Source: Lingula anatina (lineage: Eukaryota; Animalia; Brachiopoda). Taken from it: a stretch of DNA of 64,000 nucleotides. The stretch's first letter is position 1; the number at the start of each line of letters is the position of its first letter. The notes under the pieces are model-generated. The model was not told the DNA's origin. It saw only the letters and a program-made list of their open reading frames with translations, and searched no databases. A program made the position numbers and the translations under genes. The stretch spans positions 3,534,001 through 3,598,000 of the forward strand of contig CM120641.1 of NCBI GenBank assembly GCA_051362555.1, given 5' to 3'. This document shows positions 40,901 to 55,400 of the stretch, piece after piece.

Positions 40901-43900
40901 GGCGACCAGAGGGTCTACCTGCCATATTACCAGGGCGATTCCATGAGGGTGGATGGACGTAAGTCATGTGTGGAGAAAGTTGATTGGTCGATTGGTATTC
41001 GGAGCTATTTCTTATAATGAGCACACTATAGCAACAACTGTCAATGGCAAATTCCTTACTGCTTGATTAGTTTCAATTCACAGTGCCATATTTTCACACA
41101 AATCGTCATGCTTTGATGTAGACTTGCTTGTTGATGTTGATGTGTAGTTTATTTTGTTTGTTTATTATTATCTTAAATGTTGTAATTATTGTGTAGTTTA
41201 CAGCTGGAAGAAAAAATAAAGGTAAGGTTTTCATGTTGTCAACTAGTTTAACACCACCAACTATGCTTTATCCTCATGCAATGTGGATACAGCCAAACCC
41301 TCTTGCTTATGGTGGCTTTCTGCCTCTTTTAGTCCAGAGTCCTAGTCTCTGAACTGAGCTGGGAAGGGTAGAAACCTAAAGAAATTTCAGATATTGACCC
41401 CACTAATGTCATTGCAGGAGAAGACACCATCTTGGGAGACCAGACTTTCGCCTATCTGCAGCAGGATGACATGCATCAAGAGTCAGCTATCAGACCTGTT
41501 AAGGTAAGTGCACTGTATAGGACTCTTATGCCATGGCCCTTGAAGCAAAGGCACATTTACACATGCCCAGTGGAGCTAATTGGGTACCAGGGTGGCACAA
41601 AGTTGGGACAGTTTTATATAGATAACTCAGTGCTTTATTTGATGGAGCTACCTTGACTTTTAGGTTAGCTGAAAAGTTGTGTGAATTTAGACTAAACTGC
41701 TTTTCAAAATTGCTGAATGTGAAATTTTAAAAAAGGTGCTACTTGTGGCTTAAAGGTTATCGGCCTTGGACCAAGAAGTGAATAGCAATATTTAAAACTT
41801 AACAGTGTGCACTGGGTACACAGCACACGTGCTACACTATTGTTTTAAAATAAACTTCCCAAATTATGTGCCATTCTGGTTCAAAGTGCATTGTGTAAAA
41901 CGGGGGTTAGCAGAGCTTCAGTGCACAGACTGGATATAACATAGCAGGTATCTGTGTACCTATATGCACTGCACAGGTGGAGGTATGGTGTATAACATGG
42001 GTGAATTGACTGACAATTTAACCTCACACTCTTAGCACAGTTGACATGGTGGAGGGACGGTGTGATCAATTATGTGAGTCTGATTTTTTATGGTCATGCA
42101 ACTATCTTAGTTGTCTATAAACCTCTCATTATCTTTATTCTGAGGTGATCTTCTTCATAACTTCTTGTGAAGATCTTCAGCATATATTTATGCACTGTGC
42201 AATCTTTTTAGCTGCAGTTCTGAAGCTTTATGTAGGATAAAGAGACATAGTAATGCTGATGACTATTGCAACTACTACATAGAGTTGCCCTGGTCTTACT
42301 TTAGTCCTTTTTAACTTGATATATTTCTTCACTTCTCTTGTGGTGGTCTGCTTTCTATAAACTCTCTTCAGTGGTTGGGGTTAGGAACATGGGTATCCTC
42401 TCTTCTGCTGTGTAGAAACATGCAGTTATGGTTTGACTTCATATCTATAGACCAAGAATGGACTAATTTATATCACCAGATTAAAACTTTGAAATTCTCA
42501 CATGGAATCTGGTGATGTCATATAGTCTAAGTTGATTTTTGTGTGAACACATCCTGTAAGTGGTGGGGGTCTCTGGTGGAAAAAAATTCTTGTATGGCCA
42601 GGCTATGCATGCACAGTTCATTTCTACTAATCTGTATAACCTGACTGTTCTAACATAGTATTTAGGCAATGCTTTTCTAGTGTTTTGCCCCCCCCCCCCC
42701 CTGCACTTGTTATACAAGATCAAACTTGCACTATTATCTTGTAGAATTTGTGTATGTTTGTGTGACTCAGCATGAGTGCATGAGAATGCATGTCAGGAAC
42801 TAATATACTAAAATTCTTTTTATTTCTTTTTATCTATATGCATTTTTTCATTTTCATTATTATGTTCTTGCACTTGTTTTTTGATTTACTTAAAATTCGT
42901 AACCAAATTAATTTATTTAATTTTATTTTGATTTTTGATATAATTATCTCCCCATTTTGTTACTAATGTTGTTTTCATAAAATGCAACATTTTGAGCATA
43001 TTTTTATGTACAGTGTTAATTTATTTGGTTAAATTGTATTGTAAATGTTTTTCAGTAGATTGTAGTTTAGTTTATTCCCAGCATGTTTTTGTTTATAAGT
43101 TGTATGAATGTTTTTTAAAATTAAAAAAAAATTAATTTTAAATTTATTTTACCTGGAATGATTTTATATTTTGGTTAGCTGAACAGAACTGTTTACTATC
43201 TTAGGTGTAGAGTAGTGAGTGCAACCTATTGTAACACCCTTGTACAGTACACAAACCCAGTGAAGCCGTTCTATATAGACAGAAAAATAAAAAAAATACT
43301 ATTGAAGGAATTAGTTTTGCCTCATCTCTGAAAGTCAGTTTGAACACCCCAAATTCTGAGTTGTCTAGAAACCTGCCTCAATTCCCAGCATACTAGTACT
43401 GTTCACTGGAGAATATGCTTGATAGAGGTGAATTGATTCTGCTTCTTTGAAACTCAATTAATTACACACATTTAAAATAAATTAATTCTTGTTTAACCTA
43501 TAGAAATGTGAGTTAATGTACCATTCAGAAATTAATTTTTCAAACCAATCTGTTGAAGTTTTCACACAGGCATATGGCAAAATCAGGCATCTAAATTGAA
43601 AAAAAAAATCCCCATTTTTTTGGCAAATGGCAAAGAACTTTTCAACAACATACTGTCAAGGGTTTCCAGTTGCAATAGGTTTTAGTATAGATGTTGTAAG
43701 CATGTTGTGTTGCATTGTTGCCATTGTGTTGTTGCCTAGGACGGCTACCTGTCCCCAGACCAATACACACAGGAACCCTACTCCCCAGGGTACTCCCCCA
43801 CAGGATATGGGGAACAGATGGATCTGTCCCCAGGACCTTTCAGCCCTGGTGGTTTTGGACCCGACCAATTGAGGGAGTATGATGAGGACTTTGCTTATGT

Positions 43901-46900
43901 CCCTGGGGATAAAAGAGCAGTGAAGGCTCGTCCCGAGTCTTTTAATGATCCCCAAAGACGACCACGTCCTCCTGGCGATGATAAAGTTGCCAAAAAAGCA
44001 CGTCAGGAGTCTCTGTCTGATGCTGCCATGCGCGCGTCAATGGCGGATGATAAACAGAGAGGTTCCTGGCGTGGCGGCCCTGAGGATTCTGGTCTTGGTA
44101 CTCTACCAGAAGGGGCCCAGTATAACCATTACCCTAATGGGGGTCAGGTAAACTTCACCATAAACCCTTCACTTCTATGTTCTTTTTCTATTTCTCGGGA
44201 TAAGCATGGTTGTTTTGGAAGAAAACTTGGTTTCTGTCTCCTGAGGTGTTTGGATATTGGGAAAGAAGGATACTTTTAGGATACCAATGGATACCAAAAG
44301 CAGAGAAAAGTTTGTCTTTGTTAAAGCTTCAAAGACATATCTTTTTTATCTTGAAAATGTTTCTAAATTATATTTTCTTTGATACATGATTTACATTCTT
44401 TTTAAAGAAAGAATATGTTTGAGTGAAAATCATTAAAACATTATAGGTATTTGATAAAAATGATATTCATATAGAATGAAATCTATTGTTTTTCTTTTCA
44501 CTTGCAGGAAGACAAGATTGAAGCCCAGTATCGCCCCTCTGCATACTCACGACCCGTGATGCAGACAAACGCTTTGGGCAGTGAACCCTTTTATGGCTCA
44601 TCCTATAGTGGCTCCACCTTCAGTGGACAATTTGATGCGGACAACGTCCAGGTGGATCGCACTCCTGTGTTTAGCGGGTAAGATGGCGAGAATGCAGTGA
44701 CATATATGGACCTCTGAATATGCATCAGTAGTGGCAGTATTTTCACGTTCTGTAACAGAAAAATTGCTAATTATGCACGGTGTTATGTTAGAGATGTTAA
44801 GAGTTTGGCGATGTTAAAAGACTAGAATGTTATTATGTTTGTACAGGTATGCTAATATCTGGTAGAACATATTAGATGATCCCAGTTTTCAGCATAACCC
44901 AAAGAATGATTAGATTCTACTAATTAAAACAGTTTTTCAAAGCATATGAACAACTGATGTACACAAAACTCTGAGCTTCAATGCAAGGGTCTGGGGAGCA
45001 ACAACGACAATAAAAAACAAAAGCACTGCATCATAAATTTTTCAATTTTTTTTTGCGTCCAAATCACAAGTTCACCTTCAAGAATGATTCCTTAATTAAC
45101 AGCATACCTGTGCTGTAGTGTTTAGAATCCTAATTAGCTTCAAAAGCTTCACTAACTCCAGTTATTCTCTCTTCTACACCTCATCACAGAAAGCTGAAGT
45201 GGAAAAAGTAAGTGGTTTTGATTTCAATGTGCCATAAAAAGTATGAATTTTGTCAATTTTTTTTTCTTTTTTTAAAGCTGGTGCTGTACCAAAGCATGCT
45301 GCTTCTTTTGTTATCTCTTACAAGAAATGCAGGTGATCATATCAGACAAAGGAATTGTTTCTCTCTTATTTTGGACTATACCATCTTTACTGTTTATATT
45401 TTATTCTGTTAAAGAATTTAGATGTGATAACAGTTTTATTTAATTTATTTCCTCCTGTTGATATCCCCACCTATACCCTCACCTATTTTTTGTACCAAAA
45501 GAACCCCCCCCCCCCCCCCCCCCCCCCCCCCGCCCTCTTCATCTTTCCTGCATGGAAAACACTTTGCAGTTTTGTAACACATACTTCCTCTCTGAGGTTG
45601 CATGCTGAACACAGACTGGTTTCACAACTTTCAGACAAGAAATTTAAGTCTACTTTGATTCAGGGTGAATCTAGTAGTTCACTTAAAATAAGCAGCACTG
45701 TCAATAAGATATAACTGTCTTTTTATTAAACAGACACAATATTTCATTTAATTGGACTGTTATGGATTCATCTTGATGCAAAGTAGGCAAAGATACTCAT
45801 CCTAAGCTAATGCAAACTTTACTCCTAAGATTCTTTAATGAGAGCATTCCCTGTGGTAACTTAAACCAACCAAATTTACACCACCCCTTGCCTTGTGATG
45901 TCTTTCAGACTATTTTTGGATGAAATTAGTCCAATTCTGAATGTGCCTTAGTATTATGACAGCCTAATATGAAATATCATTCCAGAAAACTTCACTGCAA
46001 AAAAATGATATTGCTATATTAGCTCTGGTAATAATCTACAAATCACATTCCAAATATTTTAAAGTAAAAGCAGTTGTGTTGTCTAACCATCTGAAAAATC
46101 CAATAAAAATTGGAAATTATAGTAGCCAGTAAATAGATCAATTTAAGAAAATGTTTTCTCAGAGTTCATTTTCTCTGGAGAGTTTTCCATAATGTCTATG
46201 CATGTTAGCATATGATATGATGACATCAGAACCTCCTCCTTACCTGTGAATGTGAATAGTTTTCTTACAATTATTACCTGGTTCCTGGTTTAATTGACCG
46301 TTCAATCCTAACTGTTTTTTGTTACTGTTGTAAAGCAGCTGAAAAATCTCAAGAGTCTCTGTGACTTTGGATGGGTTGCTTAACAATGTGAAACATTTAT
46401 ACTTTTTTATACCAAGGTAAAATTTTGATTTCGTATTTATGTTTGCATGTTGCATTGAAAGTGTTATAAACCTGTAGAATGATGTAGCCTTATTTTGAAA
46501 TGTTCATATTTTAGTTATTGTTTTTATTTAGCTGCCTATATGGTACGAAGGAGGTATTGCTAATGACAAAGCCTTATTATATTATATTATATTATATTAT
46601 ATTATATTATATTATATTATATTATATTATATTATATTTGTATGTTTATCATTAGCTTCAAACAAATGGTCGAGTGGTTATGTGTGATATTTATAAGTCA
46701 GTATAACCACTTTGCTGTGATCTCGTAGAGATTGATTTACTCTGTTGCAGAGAAATTTAAGTGTTATATCATCCCTGGCTTTATCTCATTTGTTGATGCA
46801 TTTTACTTATTTACTTGTTTTCAGTTAACTTTAGTAAAAAAATCAAAATTATGAGTATATATTTTTGAAATGTTCCCTTGCATCTTTCAGCTTCCTTGTC

Positions 46901-49396
46901 AGCTTCATGGTGGACGCCCGTGGTGGAGCCATGCGCGGTTGCCGCCATTCTGGTGTGCGTATCATCATCCCACCTAGGAAGGCTTCCTGCCCAACACGTG
47001 TCACGTGTCGTCTGCTGAGGAGAGAAAAGCTGGTCAACCCACCACCTCTGATGGAGGGAGAGGCTCTGGCCAGTAGGGTTATCGAGATGGGCCCAGTTGG
47101 AACAAAATTCCTTGGGTGAGTATATTTAGTAAAAGTACATATTGATATTGTTGAGCAAAAAAGAAAGCTAAGGTGAATGATTTGTCTAATTTTGATAAGA
47201 TGTAAGGTAGTTTATTTGCTCTTTTTGTCTGCAGTTATATATAAACATCAAATTTTTAAAAATTAGTCAGTGGTATGGATAGTAATTTTAAAACCTTTAC
47301 TATGCAGGCCATGTTTGTAGATATATTTCGAAGTGATAGATCCCTACATGTGAATATGAAGATATTATATTTCAATTTCATTTGTTCAGTCCTGTAATCA
47401 TTGAAATCCCGCACTTTGCGTCACTACGTGGTATGGAACGCGAAGTTGTCATCCTGCGTAGTAATGATGGTGACAATTGGACCGAGCACCCAATTCAGGC
47501 CACAGATGACATGATCCACGAGGCTCTTGGCGGTAGTTTCGAAGGTGAAGGTAGTTTATCGTGTCATGCGTGGGGCATGCGGTGTTTTTTATTTCTATCT
47601 ATTCTTTCTTCTTTTCAAGTTCAGTTGGTGTTGAGTAATTCTAATTTTTCTTTTAATATTTCATTATTATCAATAATACTTTTGTACATTTGCATAATCC
47701 TTAATGTCACCCTTATTGTAATCCTGTCCTTGTTTATATGATTTAAGTCAAATTTTTTTCGAGTAAATTTCATATATGTGTCTCTTTGTCCAACTTTTCT
47801 GCATATTTTGTTATGTGACCAACCCTATTCTGTATGTAAACCTGCATCAGTGGATCCTTATGTTTTACTGGATACTTGGGTTTTAAAAGCACAGTGCATT
47901 ACAGTATTTCATTTTAAAGGTTATGCCATATTGGAGATCCATTCAGCTTTTCCTGGTACTTGAGTTTTAGAAGCACAATATTCTTGTACCAAAGTTATGT
48001 TAGTGTTGGAGCATTATTACCCCCTCTTTTGTTTTGGTGTTATAAATCTATCCTCTGGCATGTTATTCATAAGCTGCCTCTTGAGTTCATGCCTTTGAAA
48101 TACATCCATACACTCCAAACTTTTGAAATGTGTATGCAGCTTATTTAAAGATACATATGGATACATGATTTGAGGTTATGAATGGGCTGTTGTTTTCATA
48201 TCTCCCCCCACCCCAGCTATATCATTTCTGAAGGTGCTTTGAAAGAATCATTGGTGTTACTTATTGATAGAACAAAACTGAGATTTCCCTAAAGATTATT
48301 AATATTGAAGTAAATTCCTCAGTGACAACTAATTCATCAAAATTTACTTCAAAAAAGCAAAAAAGAAAAAAATTGTTAAGCATAATTTCATTACGTTTAA
48401 GGGCCCTCCATAGCAAATCTTTATTTATTTTTAAATTTGTTATTCTTTCCCCAGTTCATCTCTTCATGAGTTTGATGGCCATTCTAGTAATAAGTATGAG
48501 GCATTGAGACCTTGATATGGTACTTGGCATTCTCCCCTTTGTTTCACCTCGTATATATATGAAAAGAAAAGAAAAATAAGAGTGCTTTACGTCAGAGAGT
48601 GCTTTACGTAATTTACATGGAGGTGTGTTAGGTTGACAAATACTAGCCTATAGGTACATATAATTCATGTGCCATATGACCTTCAATTACTCTGACTACA
48701 GTTGTTTTTACAAATTGATACAGTTACAGGTGGTTTGCTTTGTAAATCCAGTTCATGTGTTTTAGGCGTTGTCTTCTGGTGGTTTTGATAGATGTGGTTA
48801 GTAGTTGGTGCATATTGTACACATTTGTATGATGGGTTCATTGAAATGTGGTAATTGGAAGCAGGCAATTGGTCAAAACAGTCATACTTAATGTGAAGTT
48901 GGATAAAGTTTTTTCCTTTTTAATTTTGGATTCCATTGACATCTTCATGATAGTGGGTAGTCAATGCAGAAAGGGCAGAAATAGTTGCAATATGATGACA
49001 AATATATTCAAAATACTGACACAGAAATAAAAACAAAATTACCATCAATAAAAAATCTCTTGCATTCAAAACCTTTTTTTGTCCAGTGATTAATTTTGGA
49101 AGCTGCATCATCTGCTTTCAGATCTGGAAACTGCAGAGGAACTTTTCCACAAGCGCATCACACGTATCATCACTGATGACTTCCCGGCATACTTTGCCCT
49201 GGTGACCCGTATACGCCAGGAGAATAACCTGATTGGGGCGGAAGGTGGCATGCTCAGTTCCACAGTGGTGCCACATGTGCAGGCCATCTTCCCAGAGGGG
49301 GCACTCACCAAGAAGATCAAAGTGGGACTCCAGGTGGGTGGAACACTACTCCTACACAGCAAGGATTTCTATACTTGTTTAATATTGTTTTGTTTG

Positions 49397-49427
<31 letters not shown>

Positions 49428-52400
49428 TGTTTATGTATCTTTGGCCCTTTTTCCTTCCATCTTTGCTGAAACTTTAATTGTATCTTAAACTTGTAAATGA
49501 TTTACCATACATGATTATCCATCACAGAATTATATTTAACTGTCAGTATTTTTAATTCATACTTTGTGTATTAATCAAAGTACAAATGTCAATAAAATGA
49601 CATTTTCAACTAACAACTATAGGGTTCTGTTTTATTTTAAAAAACCCAAAAATTTTGACAACAAACTAGCCTCAGAGACTCCTCTCAATTCATGAACACA
49701 CAAAACAATGTTTTGCGAGTCACAAGTTCCATTGCCAAATATCACATGTGCATTATGAACATTATGAAAATTTCTGACTTAAGTTGATTGCTTGACTTTA
49801 AAAATTGATATAAGAAAAAATGAATGAAAGCACTTGCCAATTATCTTCACACTATTTAACAGGCACAACCAATCCCCCCGGATCTCGTAGCCAAAATGCT
49901 TGGCAACCGGGTAGCGGTCAGTCCCATAGTGACCGTGGAGCCACGTCGCAGGAAATTCCACAAGTCAATCACGCTGACCATTCCCGTACCCCAGGCATCT
50001 CAGAAAGGCATGATCAACCAGTACGCGGGCGAGACGCTCACTCTGAGGCTGCTGTGTAGTATCACTGGTAAGAGACGTCGTAAGTTTTGCATTTTGCTGC
50101 TTCTTTCCCTTGCTTTTTGCCTTCTGCTATATTTACTACTATTACTAATTGCAAGTACTTTTGCCACCAATCAGTGATTAAGTATTTTGAATTCGTAATG
50201 AAAATTTTTTAAAAAGGAATGAGATGATGAACTCAGTTTTATTCTTTTCAACTACTCATAATGTATGGAGCTGACATTGTTTGGAGTCTACCACTTTGCT
50301 CGTCTTACCTGCTTGCCTGCGGCTAGTTCTGTGCTTTCTGGGACTGGAAACCCTGTCTACAGATTTAGCCTCACTTACTGATTAGGCTGATCTTCAAAAA
50401 AGTTTATTTGAATTCTCGTCTAATGCGAATGCTCTTGAGTATGAAGAAATAACTTTGGGCTATTCTTGAAATGATTTGACTTGAACAAATGACCTATTAT
50501 ATTTATATAAATTCATTCACTGCCCTCCACTCTTCCCGCATTCCTTTTTTCCCCTCCACTTCCATAATATGATGACAGTGCACCATAATCTGATCCCTTC
50601 ACCCAGACCCCCTCCCCCAGTTCACCCCCACCACTCGCACCCACTCCGCTGAAAGTGAATCCTTTCTTGAATGGCCCACAGCAAAGTGATTATTTTGAAT
50701 GGAGAATGCTGATTGTGAATTCTAACGCCTGTCCCTTGCTATTCCCATGCACCTCTGCAAGGTGGGAATGGCAACAATAACAATAACCACCACCATCAAT
50801 CTGGAGGTATTTATGAAGATTATGTGTTTTTTATTATTCTATTGGATATTCTGATTTTCTCTACATTGGTTCCTATTGCTAGCTTTGATGTTTTGTTTTT
50901 CTTAATATTAACCATTTTTTAGCTTAGATTTTTTATGCATAATAGTGCTTTTGCACAGTGGGTGACTGGCTGTACTAGTGGCTATCTTTGCAGTTTTAAA
51001 ATTAAATCTGTGGATTTTTTTTTTCATTTCTCTGTGTTTTGAAACTAGAAGTGCAAACATCTCCAGTTATTTGCTCTGTAGAATTACTTAAGCTCACATA
51101 CACAATTTACAATTTTTTGTGTGACATCCTATCTACAAAAGCATGATTTAAACTAACAACTTACTTTATGTTCATCTGGACCTATTTATTTACACATAGA
51201 AAAAATATCATTTTCATTCTGTCACTGCACATATATTTATATTATATATACATTATTTGACAGATTTTTGTCTTCAAATCAAAAATAAAAGAGAGAGAGA
51301 AACAAGAAAAATTATAGCATACACACTAACACTCTTTTTATATCAGATTTCTATCTTTACTCTATAATAATAGATGTATTTAATTTGCTGTCTTTCAGTT
51401 ACATTTGTGTTTATTTGATTTTTCCTTGAATGCTATTTTCAACATTAGCATGTTTTATACAGTGTGCATACATATATATACTAGAACTGGCTTTTAAATT
51501 AATTTTGCTTAGTTCCTTTATATATGAATTCAGTTTTCTTGAATACATTGACATTTCAAGTGATTTGTTACAGTTAGAAATATTTTGTATTGATAATTTT
51601 CAAATATGTCTTTTCATTTATTTTGTGCAATCAGGCGGAGATTATGGTGACATGATTTGCCATGCAATTCAGTCTAAAGGAAAAATAAGATTGTTTTTTA
51701 TTCCGGTTTTACCTTAAACAGAAAATGTTCTTTATAAGCAATTATTTCAGTTGCATCATAACCTTGGAGAAAGTTTTTTCCAGTTTCTTTATGAAGACTT
51801 TTCAGTAATTGCCACCATAATTATCTTCACCACAGTACTGTATCAGTAATCCTGCAATGCTTGCATGTCACACCCCTCCCCTCCAACCCACACCCCCACC
51901 CCCTCAGCCAGTCACCCCTCTCCAAAAGCACATTAATTAACTTTAATTCAATAGTTTTCTTCACTGTTGTGTTCCAGGAGGTCAAAGTCCAGCGCAGTGG
52001 GAGGACATCACGGCCACCACTCCTCTGACCTTTGTCAATGATTGTGTCTCTTTTACCACCACAGTGTCAGCCAGGTAGGTAGCAGGTGCCTGTTCTGGAT
52101 ATTTTACAATTACTGTGCATGTTGTGTTTTTTTTGTTTTTCTTTTGCTGTCAAACCCCAATACTTTCTGGTGTATATTCTTTGTCATCAGTAGCAGCAGA
52201 TTATATTTCATTTTATTTCCATTGCAGATTTTGGCTGATGGACTGTCAAAATATCAATGAGGCAACAAAAATGGCAACAGAGCTGTACCGTGAAACTGTT
52301 GCTGTGCCGTTTATGTCAAAGTTTGTAGTTTTTGCAAAGCGCTATGATCAGCAAGAAACTCGGCTTAGGTGCTTCTGTATGACCGACGATAAGATGGACA

Positions 52401-55400
52401 AAACTTTAGAAACCCAGGAGCACTTTACAGAAGTGGCCAGGAGTAAGGATGTGGAGGTGAGTAGGGAGTTTGAACAATTATGCCCCAAGATGTTATTTTT
52501 ACCTCATCACGATTTAATTATGATTTGACATGAAATAATCTGATTGCCAACCCACACGTAATTTGATTATAAATTAAAAAAAAACTTTTAAAAAAGACTT
52601 TTAAACATCACTGATTGATGCCATATTGACAATGTCCACATTACAATATCAGGCCCTTACAAGCTGCTTTTTAATACAATTATTGTATTTTCTTCTAGGT
52701 ACTAGAGGGCAAGCCTCAGTATGTAGAAATGGCAGGGAACCTGGTTCCTGTCACAAAAACTGGGGAGCAGCTCCATCTCAACTTCCATGCCTTCAAAGAA
52801 AACAGGCTTCCCTTCACCGTCAGGGTCAGAGACCCCAATCAGGATCCCCAGGGGAGGATTGCCTTCTTCCAAGATCCTAAGTCTGTGCGTGGAGACACCC
52901 CAACCACCCCCATATGTAACCTCAATATTGATCTACCAGACATGATCAAAGTAAGTACAGCCACGGGACCCACCCCTTTTAGAACCTCAATATGGAACTG
53001 ATAGCCTTGATGAAAATAAGTAACACCCCCCCCCCCCCTTGAACTTGCTGATATCAGAATTATGTTAGATTATATAACAGAAGTTTATAATTCATTTTTA
53101 TTCCAGACTGAAGCAGCACCTGTAGATCCAGAGGCAGCATTAGAATTGAGAAAAAAATACACTTTTATGAAAGAACATGGTTTATGTAAGTTCTAGGTTT
53201 TGCCAAAGTATAGTCATATTTGTATATTAATTAACAGCTAAATGTAACCTTATACAAAACTTGTGAGAGGAAGTAAAACCTCTTAATAAAATTTCCTGAC
53301 AAGGACCTCTCAAAGTGGGCCAGTCCTGTTAATAGTACCTCTTAATGTGAAAAGGGGTAGAGCTACTCCTGCTCTCATTGGGGCTGAAGTCATTGTTATG
53401 ATTTGTGTCCATTCTTCCACCAGATATTGAGGACACAGTGACCAGAGCCCACCTGCGGCTCAGTGAAGTTGCCGAGGCCATCCAGGGTGACTGGGTAATC
53501 CTAGCGCAGCAGTTAGACGTACCAGATTATGAGGTCAGGAAGATCAAAGAACAGTACAACACTCTCAATGACCAAGCTCTTGTTATGTTAACTTACTGGG
53601 TGCAGAAAGATCCAGAAAAAGCTACAGGTGAGTGCTTGGTGATTTACATGAGTATGCAGCTAGGACCTTTTACTGTGAAACCTTGTACCTAGATCAATTT
53701 TTAACCAGAGTAGAACTTTTTCCAGCAAAAGGGGCAGATCTAGGGGCTATTAATGTTGTGTTTCATATTTTTCAGGCAATGAGCTTGAGAGAGCACTCAG
53801 AAAAATAGGTCGCGATGATGTTGTCCGGAAGTGCATGTACAATGTTGAGACTGTCACCGATGACCTTGAGAAAGCCATGGCAAAAGCACAGCTTGACCAG
53901 TCAGGTATTTAAGCATTTTAATTATTCTTTTATTTTACTTTATATCTTTTTTTTTCAGAATACTTGTAAAATAAGTGATAATTTGGAATCAAACTTGGAA
54001 TGTAGAGTAATTCAGTGGAAATGTTTTGTTCCCTTCCACAAATTGTCAAAAAGTTTGCTTCCTGCTACATAGTAATTTAATTGGCTATGCTTAGGGCATC
54101 TTTCTTGCATAGTAGCCGGAATATTAGGTTGTCAGTCTGTCAAAGTAGACAACTCAAGTCAAGTATACCGCTTGATAGGAAAAAGGGTTTTGTTCATAAA
54201 CAGATAAATTTTTCTTTTGGGATTTTAATATGACTGTTTTATCTTGTCTCAGGTTTTGATAGCCTCAAAGAAGAACTTGGTCCTTCCAGAGATGCTTCCA
54301 TGGCCAGGGGGGCATCATTAGATGTCTCGTATGATGAACAAGACATAGTAAAGGTAACACTTGTAGTTTACAAATTTTAAAATATTTATCTGTTCTTGTA
54401 TATGTCCATGTTTGTGTGTGTGTGTGTTTAGAAGTACAAGTTCAGTTTGAATATTCTGGGAGCTTCCAAGATACACGTTAAGATAGATATACAGCAGATC
54501 TAAGGTGACATTGTCTGTAGACAATGACAGTTGGTTAAAGGGTTAAACATAAAGTATGGCCAGTTTCACTATTCACTCACAGATGTTTTATAATTTTTTT
54601 GTTAACAGAGATATTACCACGATTTTCATACTACGATTGAGGTGAGAAAGTGGTGCATTGTTGAAATAATTAGTTGTTTGGAATTGCAGTTTACTTGTGA
54701 AATTCTTTCAAGCATTTTCCTAATGTCTAATGACACTTTCTTCTTTACTCAAATTCATTTCTTTAATTGGTTCAATTACTTTGATTTGAATTGTGTGTGT
54801 GTGAGCTCAATACATGGTTCTATCTCTCTTTTAATTTGATGGTTCATCTCAAAAAATTGACTATAACTGCCTTCGGTGGAGCATTGTCATACTTAAGCTG
54901 AAAATATTCATAATATGTGTGGGGTGATGTTATTTCTCTGATATTAGACTATAAATTTTGGATTTGATCTTAATTTTTTAAAAAGTTTACAAATTGTTAA
55001 TTGTTGGACAAAGATAATTTCATATTTTGTTTTTTTTACTTACATGTGAACATTTTCCTACAACATTCTCACATGTAATTTTTGTCATAATTGATAAATG
55101 TAAGATCAGCAGTTCTTACAGCTGTATTTTGGTTACATATGTTTTCCTCTTTATATTCCCATGTACTTATTAGCACTGTTAATTTCTTTATCAGGAATCT
55201 GAATCAGCTGCAGAAGAATCGGGCAGTTCAGCAAGTTCTGTGGTAGAAAAGAAACCAGAGGGTGAGTATATAAAAAAAAGACTCATCTATATATTCTTAT
55301 ATATCGCTGCTGGGATTGTATATTATTTTGATGCTGGGATTATATATCATGTGTTTCATCATTATCATCATCACCATATATCATAACAGTATATATTGTG

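Noticed and set aside
50579-50806. Longer version of the ZU5-C cassette exon from an upstream AG
   Set aside because: In-frame TGA near 50650
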